Positions 54,276-63,164 of a stretch of 64,000 bases of DNA are shown in pieces. Source of the stretch: a virus. Taxonomy: Duplodnaviria > Caudoviricetes. The stretch covers positions 19,342 through 83,341 of the IMG/VR virus record IMGVR_UViG_3300033121_002338; one strand, 5' to 3'. Below the pieces are notes generated by a model, which was not told where the DNA came from, did no database searches, and saw only the letters and a list, made by a program, of their open reading frames with translations. Position numbers and translations under genes: made by a program. The number at the start of each line of letters is the position of its first letter. Positions within the stretch are counted from its first letter, which is position 1.

Positions 54276-57200
54276 ATGCCTAGCAACTGGCTAGCCTTTG
54301 ATAGGATCAGAGCCCTCGCCCGCCAAGGCCGAATCTATAGTTTCGAGAGGGTCTTCCAAGACCAATCCAATCTCGACCGCCTCACCGCTGGCGGCGACTT
54401 CCTAGATTTTAACAATCAAGCGGCGATCCTTGACCAGACCAATCTGCAGATTAATCGCCTTGAGCGCTATAAGGATTATGAGCAGATGGACCAGACCGGG
54501 GAGGTCTCCCTGGCCCTGGATCTCTATGCTGATGAGGCTTCACTGGTCGATCCGGAGCGGAAGCATACTCTACTGATCCGGGCCAGGAACCGGCGTCTGA
54601 AGCGCGAACTCGAAGACCTATTCTTCAACATCCTGCAGTGGGATCAATACTGCCGGCCATCGGTCCGCTACCTGTGCAAGTACGGCGATATGCCTTTTGA
54701 AATCATTCTGGATAAGAACCGTTCGGCGGTCACTAGTTTGAAATTCATGAATGTTTACAACTTCACCAGAATTGAGACCAGACACGGCGACCTCATTGGC
54801 TTCTTCTATATGGATGCCATGTGGCCTAAGCCACAATTCCTGCATCCATGGCAGGTCATGCACCTACGACTGACCTCATTCGAGAATATCTATCACCCCT
54901 ACGGGCGGTGCTGCGATCTCGACTCGTATGTTGATACCCCTACTGGTCATAAGAAGCTGCGGGATGTGCAGGTTGGCGATTATGTGATGTCCTGGAATGG
55001 GTATGCAGCGTCTCCCACCAAGGTTCTGGCCACCGCCAACAGTGGCACTAAGGAGACGGTGATCTTCCGCACCAAGCATCGCGAGATTAGACTGACCCCT
55101 GAACACCCGGTACTGGCGGTAGTCAAGGATTGCTACGTTGATACCAAGTTCGGGCCGAAGAGGGATACATCTACCAAGCGGTGGGTACTCGCCAAGGACC
55201 TGAAGGCGGGCGACAAACTCGTCCTGCCGCGATATGACCGGCCTGGCACTCTGTGCGAGGGGCGGCAGGTTCCGCTATTTGCCGACAAGTCGGTGACTGA
55301 ATCCACGCATACTGGTCATTGTTTCTCGTTCCCGGAGTGTGTGGATGCGGGCTTCGCTAAGTTGATGGGATTCCTAATCGGTGACGGTTGGACCTCTGCC
55401 AACGGGAAAATTCTGTATTTTGCCGAAGGAGAACACCAGGACATCAATCGCAAGTACATCGACATCATCAGGGGGTATGGGTACGACCGGGAACCTGGCC
55501 ACAACGCTGGCGAGAACAGTGAATGCGGCAACTTCCAGTTCTCTAGTAGCGAATTGACTCAGACGGTAGTCGCCATGGGGCTGGTGGGTCGTTGTTGGGA
55601 GAAGCGGATTCCGGAGTGGGTCTTTACCGCCAAACCGGAGGTCCAATTGGCCTTCATTGAAGGTCTGGTCGATTCCGACGGCTCGGTGAACATCGACAAG
55701 TGGGACTGCGAGAGGTTTCAATTCGAGAACACTAGCGAAGGACTGGTACGGGATCTCAAGCACCTGCTCGACCGAATGGGCTACAAGTGCGGGAACGTCA
55801 GTAAGCGGAACCACCCAAACGACAAAACTGTAATCCACGGCAAGGTCTACGACCGTCACGACTCCTGGATCGTCTACTGGTATGACTCGAAGTTGCCGAC
55901 CGGTGATATCGAGCACATGGGCCGTCGCCGGACCCGCTACAAGCATAATTCGCCGACCTATCTCCTAGAGACGATCCTGGAGATAGCGGACGGCGGAGAG
56001 GTGGAGGTCGGTGATATCCAGGTCGAGAACCACGCCAACTTCGTTTGCGGTGGCGTAGTGGTGCACAACTCGATCCTGGACGGAGGACGGAAAGCCTTCA
56101 AACAGTTGAGACTCATGGAGGACGCCGCACTCATTTACCGGATCACTCGGGCGCCGGAGAAGCGGAAGTTCACTATCCCAGTCGGTATGATTCCGCCGAA
56201 GGAAGTGCCAGAATACATGCAGGGGATCGCCCGGAACTTCAAGCGGCAGCGTTTCTACAACCCCTCCACCGGCACATTCGACGAGCGATACAGTCCGCTC
56301 ATCCAGGAGGATGACTTCTTCCTGCCGCGCCGCCCAGACGGCTCCGGGCCGGACGTGGATGTCTTGCCGGGCGGGGAGAACGTTGACAAGATCGCCGATA
56401 TCGAATACTTCAAGAAGAAGATGATCGCCCCGATGAAGATCCCCTTCGCCCGGGTGGGGATCGGGGAGGGGGGCGGGGAGGCCTCCGAGAAGAGCCTCAG
56501 CCAGTCCCACTCAGAATTTGCTAAATCCGTACAGTGGGTCCAGCGGGAGGTGGCCGTTGGCCTGACCAAGGTGGCGATCGTCCACCTGGCCCTGCGCGGC
56601 TTCAGCGTCGAGGACCTCAAGGGTTTCGAGGTCGCTTTGACCGCAACCTCCGCCATGGAGGAGCTGTACCGGATCGAGACCTGGCAGACCCGGGCCGGGG
56701 TTATGGCGGACCTGAAGGATCTTGGTTGGTTCCCCAAAGAGTGGATTGTTACTAACTTTACTGACCTGTCCCCGGATGAGATCGAAGAACTGAAGGAGAT
56801 GGAGTCCGAGGCTCTTGGCGGTGGTGGCGGCGGAGGCGGCGGAGGCGGCGGAGGCGGGCTAGATATTCCGCCGCCTCCCGGTGGCGACCCGGCGGCCGGT
56901 GAGCCGCCACCGGACCCGGCGGCCGAGGCGGCAGCGATGACCGATCTTAACGGCGACAACAGTCTGCCGGAATCCAAACTACCGGGGTTCGACTGGGCGG
57001 CAGAGCGGCGGTTACTTAAAGAATATCGTCGCCAAGGGCAAGTGGAGAGAGCGGCTGAGATGGTTGGTAGATGGGCTGATCGGTTGGGTAAATTGGGGAG
57101 TGCTGAGGAGCGAGTGTTCTCCAGTGGCTATGGGCACATTATGGAGATGAAGGAATTGGACGGTTTGTGCGGTGGCGAGCCGCCGGTGACTCTGATGACG

Positions 57201-57410
57201 GAGGCGATGCTGGAGGGGCGGCTGCCGGTGGTTCCTGATCCGACGGATGATCCGAATTTGTTGTTTGCTTGGTCGGTGCCTAAGGAGACCCGTGACGAAG
57301 TGATCCGTGAGGTTTATGAGGCTATTATGGGTGTAGTGCCTAGCGGCGCTATGGTTGGTGATGAGGAGATCACTACATCGGACCTGCCTCTCCGTGTGAG
57401 TGGTTTATAA
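54276..57410 (+). CDS. Portal protein (gp20-like) with intein (657 aa after splicing)
   Basis: ALDLYADE, YLCKYGD, PYGR/SILD, QLRLMEDAALIYRITRAPEKRKF, EDDFFLP, DIEYFKKKM. Confidence 0.92.
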   Translation: MPSNWLAFDRIRALARQGRIYSFERVFQDQSNLDRLTAGGDFLDFNNQAAILDQTNLQINRLERYKDYEQMDQTGEVSLALDLYADEASLVDPERKHTLLIRARNRRLKRELEDLFFNILQWDQYCRPSVRYLCKYGDMPFEIILDKNRSAVTSLKFMNVYNFTRIETRHGDLIGFFYMDAMWPKPQFLHPWQVMHLRLTSFENIYHPYGRCCDLDSYVDTPTGHKKLRDVQVGDYVMSWNGYAASPTKVLATANSGTKETVIFRTKHREIRLTPEHPVLAVVKDCYVDTKFGPKRDTSTKRWVLAKDLKAGDKLVLPRYDRPGTLCEGRQVPLFADKSVTESTHTGHCFSFPECVDAGFAKLMGFLIGDGWTSANGKILYFAEGEHQDINRKYIDIIRGYGYDREPGHNAGENSECGNFQFSSSELTQTVVAMGLVGRCWEKRIPEWVFTAKPEVQLAFIEGLVDSDGSVNIDKWDCERFQFENTSEGLVRDLKHLLDRMGYKCGNVSKRNHPNDKTVIHGKVYDRHDSWIVYWYDSKLPTGDIEHMGRRRTRYKHNSPTYLLETILEIADGGEVEVGDIQVENHANFVCGGVVVHNSILDGGRKAFKQLRLMEDAALIYRITRAPEKRKFTIPVGMIPPKEVPEYMQGIARNFKRQRFYNPSTGTFDERYSPLIQEDDFFLPRRPDGSGPDVDVLPGGENVDKIADIEYFKKKMIAPMKIPFARVGIGEGGGEASEKSLSQSHSEFAKSVQWVQREVAVGLTKVAIVHLALRGFSVEDLKGFEVALTATSAMEELYRIETWQTRAGVMADLKDLGWFPKEWIVTNFTDLSPDEIEELKEMESEALGGGGGGGGGGGGGGLDIPPPPGGDPAAGEPPPDPAAEAAAMTDLNGDNSLPESKLPGFDWAAERRLLKEYRRQGQVERAAEMVGRWADRLGKLGSAEERVFSSGYGHIMEMKELDGLCGGEPPVTLMTEAMLEGRLPVVPDPTDDPNLLFAWSVPKETRDEVIREVYEAIMGVVPSGAMVGDEEITTSDLPLRVSGL
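54909..56069 (+). mobile_element. Intein in portal protein (387 aa, LAGLIDADG)
   Basis: Starts CCDLDSYVDTPTG after PYGR; MGFLIGDG and IEGLVDSDG; ends VVHN before Ser. Confidence 0.93.
56817..56858 (+). repeat. Poly-Gly (14) linker in the portal C-terminal extension
   Basis: 14 consecutive GGN codons followed by a Pro-rich segment. Confidence 0.9.
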
Positions 57411-57436
57411 TAATAGGCTGCAGGCAAAATTGGGAT

Positions 57437-57892
57437 ATGGAATTGAAACACTGCCCTGATTGCCGTAACTGGCTCGATAAGCTGTGTTTCTCGAAGAATC
57501 GTAGTCGGTACGACGGGTTGCAAACTACTTGCCGTAAATGCCAAAGCATTCGTACGGCCAAATAAAGTCGTGTGCGGAAACATGAGAAAATAGGGGTTCG
57601 GAAGAAGCGGCGTCGAGGTGAAATTATTGACTGGTTGGCTGCTCAAGGAATCGAGCTAGCCTGCGATGTTTGCGGAGAAGATCATCCAGCGGTGATCGAC
57701 TTCCATCACACCGACCCAGACGCCAAGGAGTTCTCTATTTCTGTGGCTGTTCGCAAATGCTACAGTATGGAGCGTATCGTCGGTGAAATTAAGAAGTGCC
57801 GACGCCTCTGTTCAAATTGTCATCGCAAACTCCATTGGGAGGAGCGGTGTGAGGAATGGTCAGAGTGCGGCGTTCAGGAAGCCACCAGTTAA
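57437..57892 (+). pseudogene. HNH endonuclease interrupted by an in-frame TAA at 57563-57565
   Basis: MELKHCPDC...CRKC, stop, then in the same frame CDVCGEDHPAVIDFHH...LCSNCHRKLH. Confidence 0.8.
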
Positions 57893-57901
57893 GAGGTTAA
57901 C

Positions 57902-60820
57902 ATGAGCAAGCCGGTTGAAGCGGTGACTATGGACAGCCGCAAGTTCCTTAGCCAACTAAATGATTCTGCTCAATCGAAGGTGAGCTTCTTCGAAGAGCGT
58001 GTTCAGGCCTTGGGTAACGAGGTCGGCAAGAACTGGCGTCTTGCTGCTCTGCACGCCAAAGAATTGTTTATCGAAGACCGCACCAACCACACTTACCTGG
58101 TTGCTGAGCATAGCAGCAACCAGGGCAAAGTAACCATCGCTAACATCCGGCCCATCCAGATCGTGGAAGGCGAGAAAAAGGGCATCTTCACCGAAAGTGC
58201 CATCAAGCTCATCACGGCCATCGAAAACAACGACCAGAAGGAAATGGCCGCTTCCTTCAACCGCCTCAAATTCCACCGCTTCAGCGCCCGGACGATCCCG
58301 GAGTCGGGGGTCATCCGCTGCCGAGACGGGGTACAGCGGCGTGTCACGATCTCCCCGGAAAACTCACTCGAAGAGAACGTGAAAGACCGGCTGGTGACTT
58401 GCATCGTCGAATCGCTCCGTGACCGGGTGATCGTCGAGAACGGTCACGTGGTCGCCGGCTACTTCGGCCAAGACCAAGTCAAGCTGCCAGTCACCAAATG
58501 GGCCTCCCGTAAACTGGTGGCTCGCCGGATGCTGGAGAGCGCCAAGAACGCCTACTGGAGCCAAGGCTTCCAGGGCCGCGTTCACAATACCGCCAGACTA
58601 GTTTCCGAGGGCAAGATCGAGGAAGCGGTTGCCGGCCTGGCCGGCTTCCTGGACGAAATGGAGGAATTCACCCTCCTCACTCGGAACCAGATCCAGACTC
58701 TGATCGAGAACACCCTCGCCGCTAACGGTGTCTTCAACCAGCAATTGTGCAACGACACCGCCACCCTGTTCTACCGCACCAACTTGAAGGTGAATAAGAG
58801 CAAGATCGTTGAGGAATGGAAGAAGATCTCTCGCCGGGCCGAGCACCCGGTCCTGGCCGAGAACGTAAACATTCTTGAACGCGCCCGGAACTTTGAATCG
58901 ACCTATGACAAATTTTTGACCTTGGTCTTCGAATCGATTTCTAACCGTGAGGTCGCCGCCGAAGCCCTGGCCACCACCCTCAACGTGCTGCGGGACAAGA
59001 CCCCGAAGATCCGTGAGTCGCACGACCTGTCCACCAAACTGTCCGGTCTGATTAACCGGCTGAAACAGCGTGACTTCGACGACGCTGCAATCTACGAGGC
59101 CGAGGACCTGATCGCCACCATCCAGGAAGAATTGGGGGCCAACGAGACCCTCAACAATTTCGACCAGATGCCGGGTGATAACGATCCGCTCGGTGCCGGC
59201 CAAGCCATGGATGCCGGCGGCGGCGCTGCCCCGGGCACACCGGTTATCAACATCAACAGCCCGTTGATCCAGATCGGCGGTAGCTCGGCTGCCGGCACCC
59301 CGGATACCCCTCCGGCCGGTCCGGACGCCGCGGCCGGTGGTGGCGACCCGGAATTGGAGGCCCTGCTGGGCGGCGGTGCCGCCGCGGGGGCCGGTGCTCC
59401 AGCAACCCCACCACCGCCGGCTGCCGGCGCCCCCGCTCCTGGCGCCGCTCCCGCCCCGGGTGCTGCCCCAGCCCCACTGATGCAAGGTCGGGAACGAGTG
59501 GGCAGCCTGCTCGGCGAGGACCTGGATGACCCATACGCCCTGAAGCCAAACGAGAAGGTTTCTACCGAAGGGGTGCGGTTCACCGACTACGGTGCTCCGG
59601 TCATCACCGACGAAGGGGATCTTGACCGCATTATCCGGATCATGCAGAAATTGGCCACCGAGCATAAGCTCGCCGGCCGAGCGCTGCAAGAGAACTTGAC
59701 TAACATGGCCAAGGCTACCCTCAAGGTGGTCGGGCTACGGATTCCAGAAGCCAAAATGCCGAAAGCCCTGGAACAGGTCATTAACGCTTTTAATGAGGAA
59801 TGGGAGAAGCCCTGGCTCAAGGATAATGATAAGAAGGACGACGGTGAGGGTTGCGAGGAAGGGGAAGACTGCGACGACGAGGGCGTGGCCGAGAACCAAT
59901 ACAAGACCCCGGTCCGTCGCCCACGCGGCTTCGCCAGGTCAAACTATGCTCACGAGGAGCCAGGCAAGACCCGCTCGGAAGGCCGGATTGACCGCAAGGC
60001 CGCGATCGCCGAGGGCATCAATTGGGGCCAACAGCAAGAGGACGCCATCCTGGGCGAGATGGCCGGCGTGAAATTCATTCTGGATCACGGTGGTAGCACC
60101 GAGGTCGAGCCGGTTATCTTGTCGGAGGACGGGGCTGTTGAGATCCCGATCCCAACTGAACTGGCCCAAGACGCCTACGCAGCGGCCAATCTTGTCGAAG
60201 GAGATGGCTCGCGGTTTGTCCGCTGGCTGGCCGGCTCTCTGGAGCAGCTCCGCCCGATGTCTTCCGCCGAAGACCGGGCGTTGGAGGAGGCGGTGGCCAA
60301 AATCACCGCCGGCCCGGACGGCACCCTGTCGGTCGAAGTGACTCCGGACGTCGAAGTCGGCCAGATGGACGACGGCAGCGGCCAGATGGAGGAGCAACAA
60401 CCGGACGACGGTATGGCCCCGGTGGACGCCACCGAACCCGCTCAACCGGAACCGGCCCAAGACCAAATGGGCGGTGGCGAGAGCGGTCTGGACACCGAAA
60501 CCAGCATGCCGAACTTCGAGGAACCAGCCGCCGCTCCGGCCGAGCCTGTTGCCCAAAAGCCAATGGCTCCGGCTAAGCCGGCCGCCAAGCCCACCGCTCC
60601 GGCCGCGGGCGAAGACGATGGTGTCCACTTCGAGGATAAGGACCTGACCAGTCCGGCTTCCTCGAAGTACACTGCCCCGCTGCGGGACAACAAGCGGAAG
60701 ATGCCGGACGTGAAACTGCCGAGTAAGACCAACGACAAGCTCGAAGGCATTGGACCTGACCTGAAGGTCGATGACGGTAGCGGTACCAACCCACCCACCG
60801 CGAAGAAAGGCGAAGAATAA
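57902..60820 (+). CDS. Large prohead core/scaffold-like protein, 972 aa
   Basis: Between portal and protease; helical N-half, Ala/Pro/Gly and acidic low-complexity linkers; GAGG RBS. Confidence 0.6.
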   Translation: MSKPVEAVTMDSRKFLSQLNDSAQSKVSFFEERVQALGNEVGKNWRLAALHAKELFIEDRTNHTYLVAEHSSNQGKVTIANIRPIQIVEGEKKGIFTESAIKLITAIENNDQKEMAASFNRLKFHRFSARTIPESGVIRCRDGVQRRVTISPENSLEENVKDRLVTCIVESLRDRVIVENGHVVAGYFGQDQVKLPVTKWASRKLVARRMLESAKNAYWSQGFQGRVHNTARLVSEGKIEEAVAGLAGFLDEMEEFTLLTRNQIQTLIENTLAANGVFNQQLCNDTATLFYRTNLKVNKSKIVEEWKKISRRAEHPVLAENVNILERARNFESTYDKFLTLVFESISNREVAAEALATTLNVLRDKTPKIRESHDLSTKLSGLINRLKQRDFDDAAIYEAEDLIATIQEELGANETLNNFDQMPGDNDPLGAGQAMDAGGGAAPGTPVININSPLIQIGGSSAAGTPDTPPAGPDAAAGGGDPELEALLGGGAAAGAGAPATPPPPAAGAPAPGAAPAPGAAPAPLMQGRERVGSLLGEDLDDPYALKPNEKVSTEGVRFTDYGAPVITDEGDLDRIIRIMQKLATEHKLAGRALQENLTNMAKATLKVVGLRIPEAKMPKALEQVINAFNEEWEKPWLKDNDKKDDGEGCEEGEDCDDEGVAENQYKTPVRRPRGFARSNYAHEEPGKTRSEGRIDRKAAIAEGINWGQQQEDAILGEMAGVKFILDHGGSTEVEPVILSEDGAVEIPIPTELAQDAYAAANLVEGDGSRFVRWLAGSLEQLRPMSSAEDRALEEAVAKITAGPDGTLSVEVTPDVEVGQMDDGSGQMEEQQPDDGMAPVDATEPAQPEPAQDQMGGGESGLDTETSMPNFEEPAAAPAEPVAQKPMAPAKPAAKPTAPAAGEDDGVHFEDKDLTSPASSKYTAPLRDNKRKMPDVKLPSKTNDKLEGIGPDLKVDDGSGTNPPTAKKGEE

Positions 60821-61659
60821 TGCTGCCGAGCCGACGGACTCTGGCCCGGATCGTCACTCCGGGCCAGACGAACCCATCGCGGACGCTCCAAGAAGGCCGC
60901 CTGGCAGAGCGGGATGGCCTGCGGATCAATCGCACCCTGATCGCCGAAACTGGGATTATCCCAGCCGGCCTGCAGTTGATTCGTGATACCTCGTCCTTTC
61001 AGGTGATCGAGGCTAAGACCGCCATCAAAGAAGGGATCGGCGGCCGTGAAGAGCCGGTCATGAAGATCAGTGGCCTGATCCAGAACGGCGACACCGAGAA
61101 CGCCAACGGCCGTTTCTACAGCACCCGCGATGTGCTCGAACCGGCCGTCCGCGGTATTCAGGAGGATGTCAGCGGCCGGGCCGTCCCCGGCGAGTTTGAC
61201 CATCCATCGGATGCCAAGATCCACCTAGACCGGATCAGCCATCTGATGACCAAGGTTTGGATGGACGGCAAGAAGGTGTATGGTGAAGCCGAAGTCATGC
61301 ACCGCCTCCCATGCGGCGCCATGCTGCGCGGCCTCTTCGAGCACAAAATGCGCGTCGGGATTTCTTCACGCGGCGTCGGCGACATGGAAGTGGTTGAACA
61401 CAATGGGCACGATGTCTACCGAGTCATGCCTGGGTACGCTTTTGTGACTTGGGATATCGTTGCAGAACCTTCCGTGCATGGTGCCATCCTAAATATTCAG
61501 GAAGGGGTGAACAAGCGGATTCGCCCCCTCCAAAAGCAACGCCAACTGCTGGGCGAAGATGCCTATCAGAAAATGCTCGTAAACGAAATCAACGATTATT
61601 TTGACCTTGATAAGAAGAAAGTGACCGTCCCAGTCCGGGCCACTTTCAAGAAGCGATAA
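60820..61659 (+). CDS. Prohead maturation protease (T4 gp21-like)
   Basis: NANGRFYS, PGEFDHP, ISHLMTK, GISSRGVG, TWDIVAEPSVHGA. Confidence 0.92.
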   Translation: MLPSRRTLARIVTPGQTNPSRTLQEGRLAERDGLRINRTLIAETGIIPAGLQLIRDTSSFQVIEAKTAIKEGIGGREEPVMKISGLIQNGDTENANGRFYSTRDVLEPAVRGIQEDVSGRAVPGEFDHPSDAKIHLDRISHLMTKVWMDGKKVYGEAEVMHRLPCGAMLRGLFEHKMRVGISSRGVGDMEVVEHNGHDVYRVMPGYAFVTWDIVAEPSVHGAILNIQEGVNKRIRPLQKQRQLLGEDAYQKMLVNEINDYFDLDKKKVTVPVRATFKKR

Positions 61660-61660
61660 C

Positions 61661-61689
61661 TTGACAGAACCCAGTAGATGTGCTATCAT
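61661..61689 (+). promoter_or_regulatory. Sigma70-type promoter for fusion copy 5
   Basis: TTGACA-17 nt-TATCAT with extended -10 TG; AGGAG RBS before ATG 61707. Confidence 0.8.
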
Positions 61690-61706
61690 AGTGGTAGGAG
61701 ATCACT

Positions 61707-63164
61707 ATGATAGACTGGGCACTCTCAACCACCACTCCCGATTCGGTCCACAACAAAGACAAAATAATTGTGGTTTGTGAGTTGTGTAAACAACCCAGAC
61801 CGCAATTATATGCGGTGGCTAAGCGAAAGACCACTCATCATTGCATGTCTTGCGTCAAGACCAAAAGCCGCCACAAAACCGGGCAGATGGTTGAATACAA
61901 ATGCATAGATTGCCCTGTCACCAAGACCCAGCAGTATCGACCGGATCGATTCGCTAACTGGCGTTGCCACCACTGTGCTATGGTCCAGGGACACAAAGAC
62001 GGTAAATTCACAATCACATCCAACAAACCATCGGCGGCTGGGCGGCAAAAGTTGGCAGAATCGGCCAGAGCCAGGTGGGCCGATCCTGAATACCGACAGA
62101 AGTGGGCGGAAACCCGTGCGTCTACCAAAGAGAAGCGTAGTGAATTCTCCAGATCGTTGTGGGCTGATGAGTCTAGACTGCAAAAGCTATCGGAGTCTCT
62201 AAGATCTATCTGGATGACTGAAGAGTATAGGAGAAAACAGCGGGCCGGTTATACAGACCCTGTTAAGCAGTTAATGGCCCAGCGGCGAGCTGCCCAAGCC
62301 GGGCAACCCAGTTCTATTCAACTACAATTATATAAATATCTGGATGACCTGGGCATTACATACCTCAAAGAGGGGCCGGGGACGACCGTCGGATATTACG
62401 TGTTCGATTGTCTGGTCCAGCGTAGCGACGGTAAGAAATTATTAATCGAATGCCAGGGGGACTACTGGCATTCGTTGGCCAACACCCAGAAGAATGACCG
62501 TTCCAAGTTCACCTACATCGATCGTTACTTCCCTGACCATGAGATCATGTATGTCTGGGAGCACGAGTTTTATGCCAAAGACCGGGTCCTGGACCGATTG
62601 AAGTTGAAGTTTGGACTTGGGATCCCGTCAGTTGGTTTCGATTTCTCCGACATTGAACTCGGGGACGTGCCGACCAAGGATCTCAGATCTTTCCTTGATG
62701 CCTACCATTACATCGGTAAAGGCCGGGGCGGCAAGGTGGTTGGTGCCTACCATGGTGCAGAATTAGTTGGGTGTGTGGTGTTCAGCCCGCCCGTTAGGCA
62801 GAACCTTGGGGATGTAACTGAGCTTTCCCGCTTTTGTCTCCACCCATCGTACCACAAGAAGAATTTCGCTAGTTGGTTGATCAGCAAGGCCATTCGTGGG
62901 GTCGCCGGGGTTGTGGTGGCTTATGCCGATCGCACCGTTGGCCATACCGGCACGATTTACAAGGCCTGTGGTTTTAAACTGGACCATACGGTCCCGGCCG
63001 ATTATTGGTACGTGGATAGTGACGGCTACGTCATGCACAAGAAGAGCTTGTATAATCGGGCTGTCAAAAACGGCCTCGCTGAGGCCGAATTCGCGGCCCG
63101 GTATGGATATAGCAAACACTACGGTGGTGAGAAATTGTGCTTCATAAGGACCTGTCGTGGCTAG
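61707..63164 (+). CDS. Zn-finger/helical-repeat/Vsr-like endonuclease/Mom-like GNAT fusion, copy 5
   Basis: Two CxxC..CxxC units; FDC..IECQGDYWH; YHY, ELSR, YAD..GHTGTIYKACGF. Confidence 0.85.
   Translation: MIDWALSTTTPDSVHNKDKIIVVCELCKQPRPQLYAVAKRKTTHHCMSCVKTKSRHKTGQMVEYKCIDCPVTKTQQYRPDRFANWRCHHCAMVQGHKDGKFTITSNKPSAAGRQKLAESARARWADPEYRQKWAETRASTKEKRSEFSRSLWADESRLQKLSESLRSIWMTEEYRRKQRAGYTDPVKQLMAQRRAAQAGQPSSIQLQLYKYLDDLGITYLKEGPGTTVGYYVFDCLVQRSDGKKLLIECQGDYWHSLANTQKNDRSKFTYIDRYFPDHEIMYVWEHEFYAKDRVLDRLKLKFGLGIPSVGFDFSDIELGDVPTKDLRSFLDAYHYIGKGRGGKVVGAYHGAELVGCVVFSPPVRQNLGDVTELSRFCLHPSYHKKNFASWLISKAIRGVAGVVVAYADRTVGHTGTIYKACGFKLDHTVPADYWYVDSDGYVMHKKSLYNRAVKNGLAEAEFAARYGYSKHYGGEKLCFIRTCRG

Noticed and set aside
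55965-60628. Long antisense ORFs (55965-56510, 56255-56977, 58598-59689, 59939-60628; likewise within sheath, tape measure, nrdJ and terL)
   Set aside because: Shadow frames of GC-rich sense genes with no recognisable motifs or RBS.
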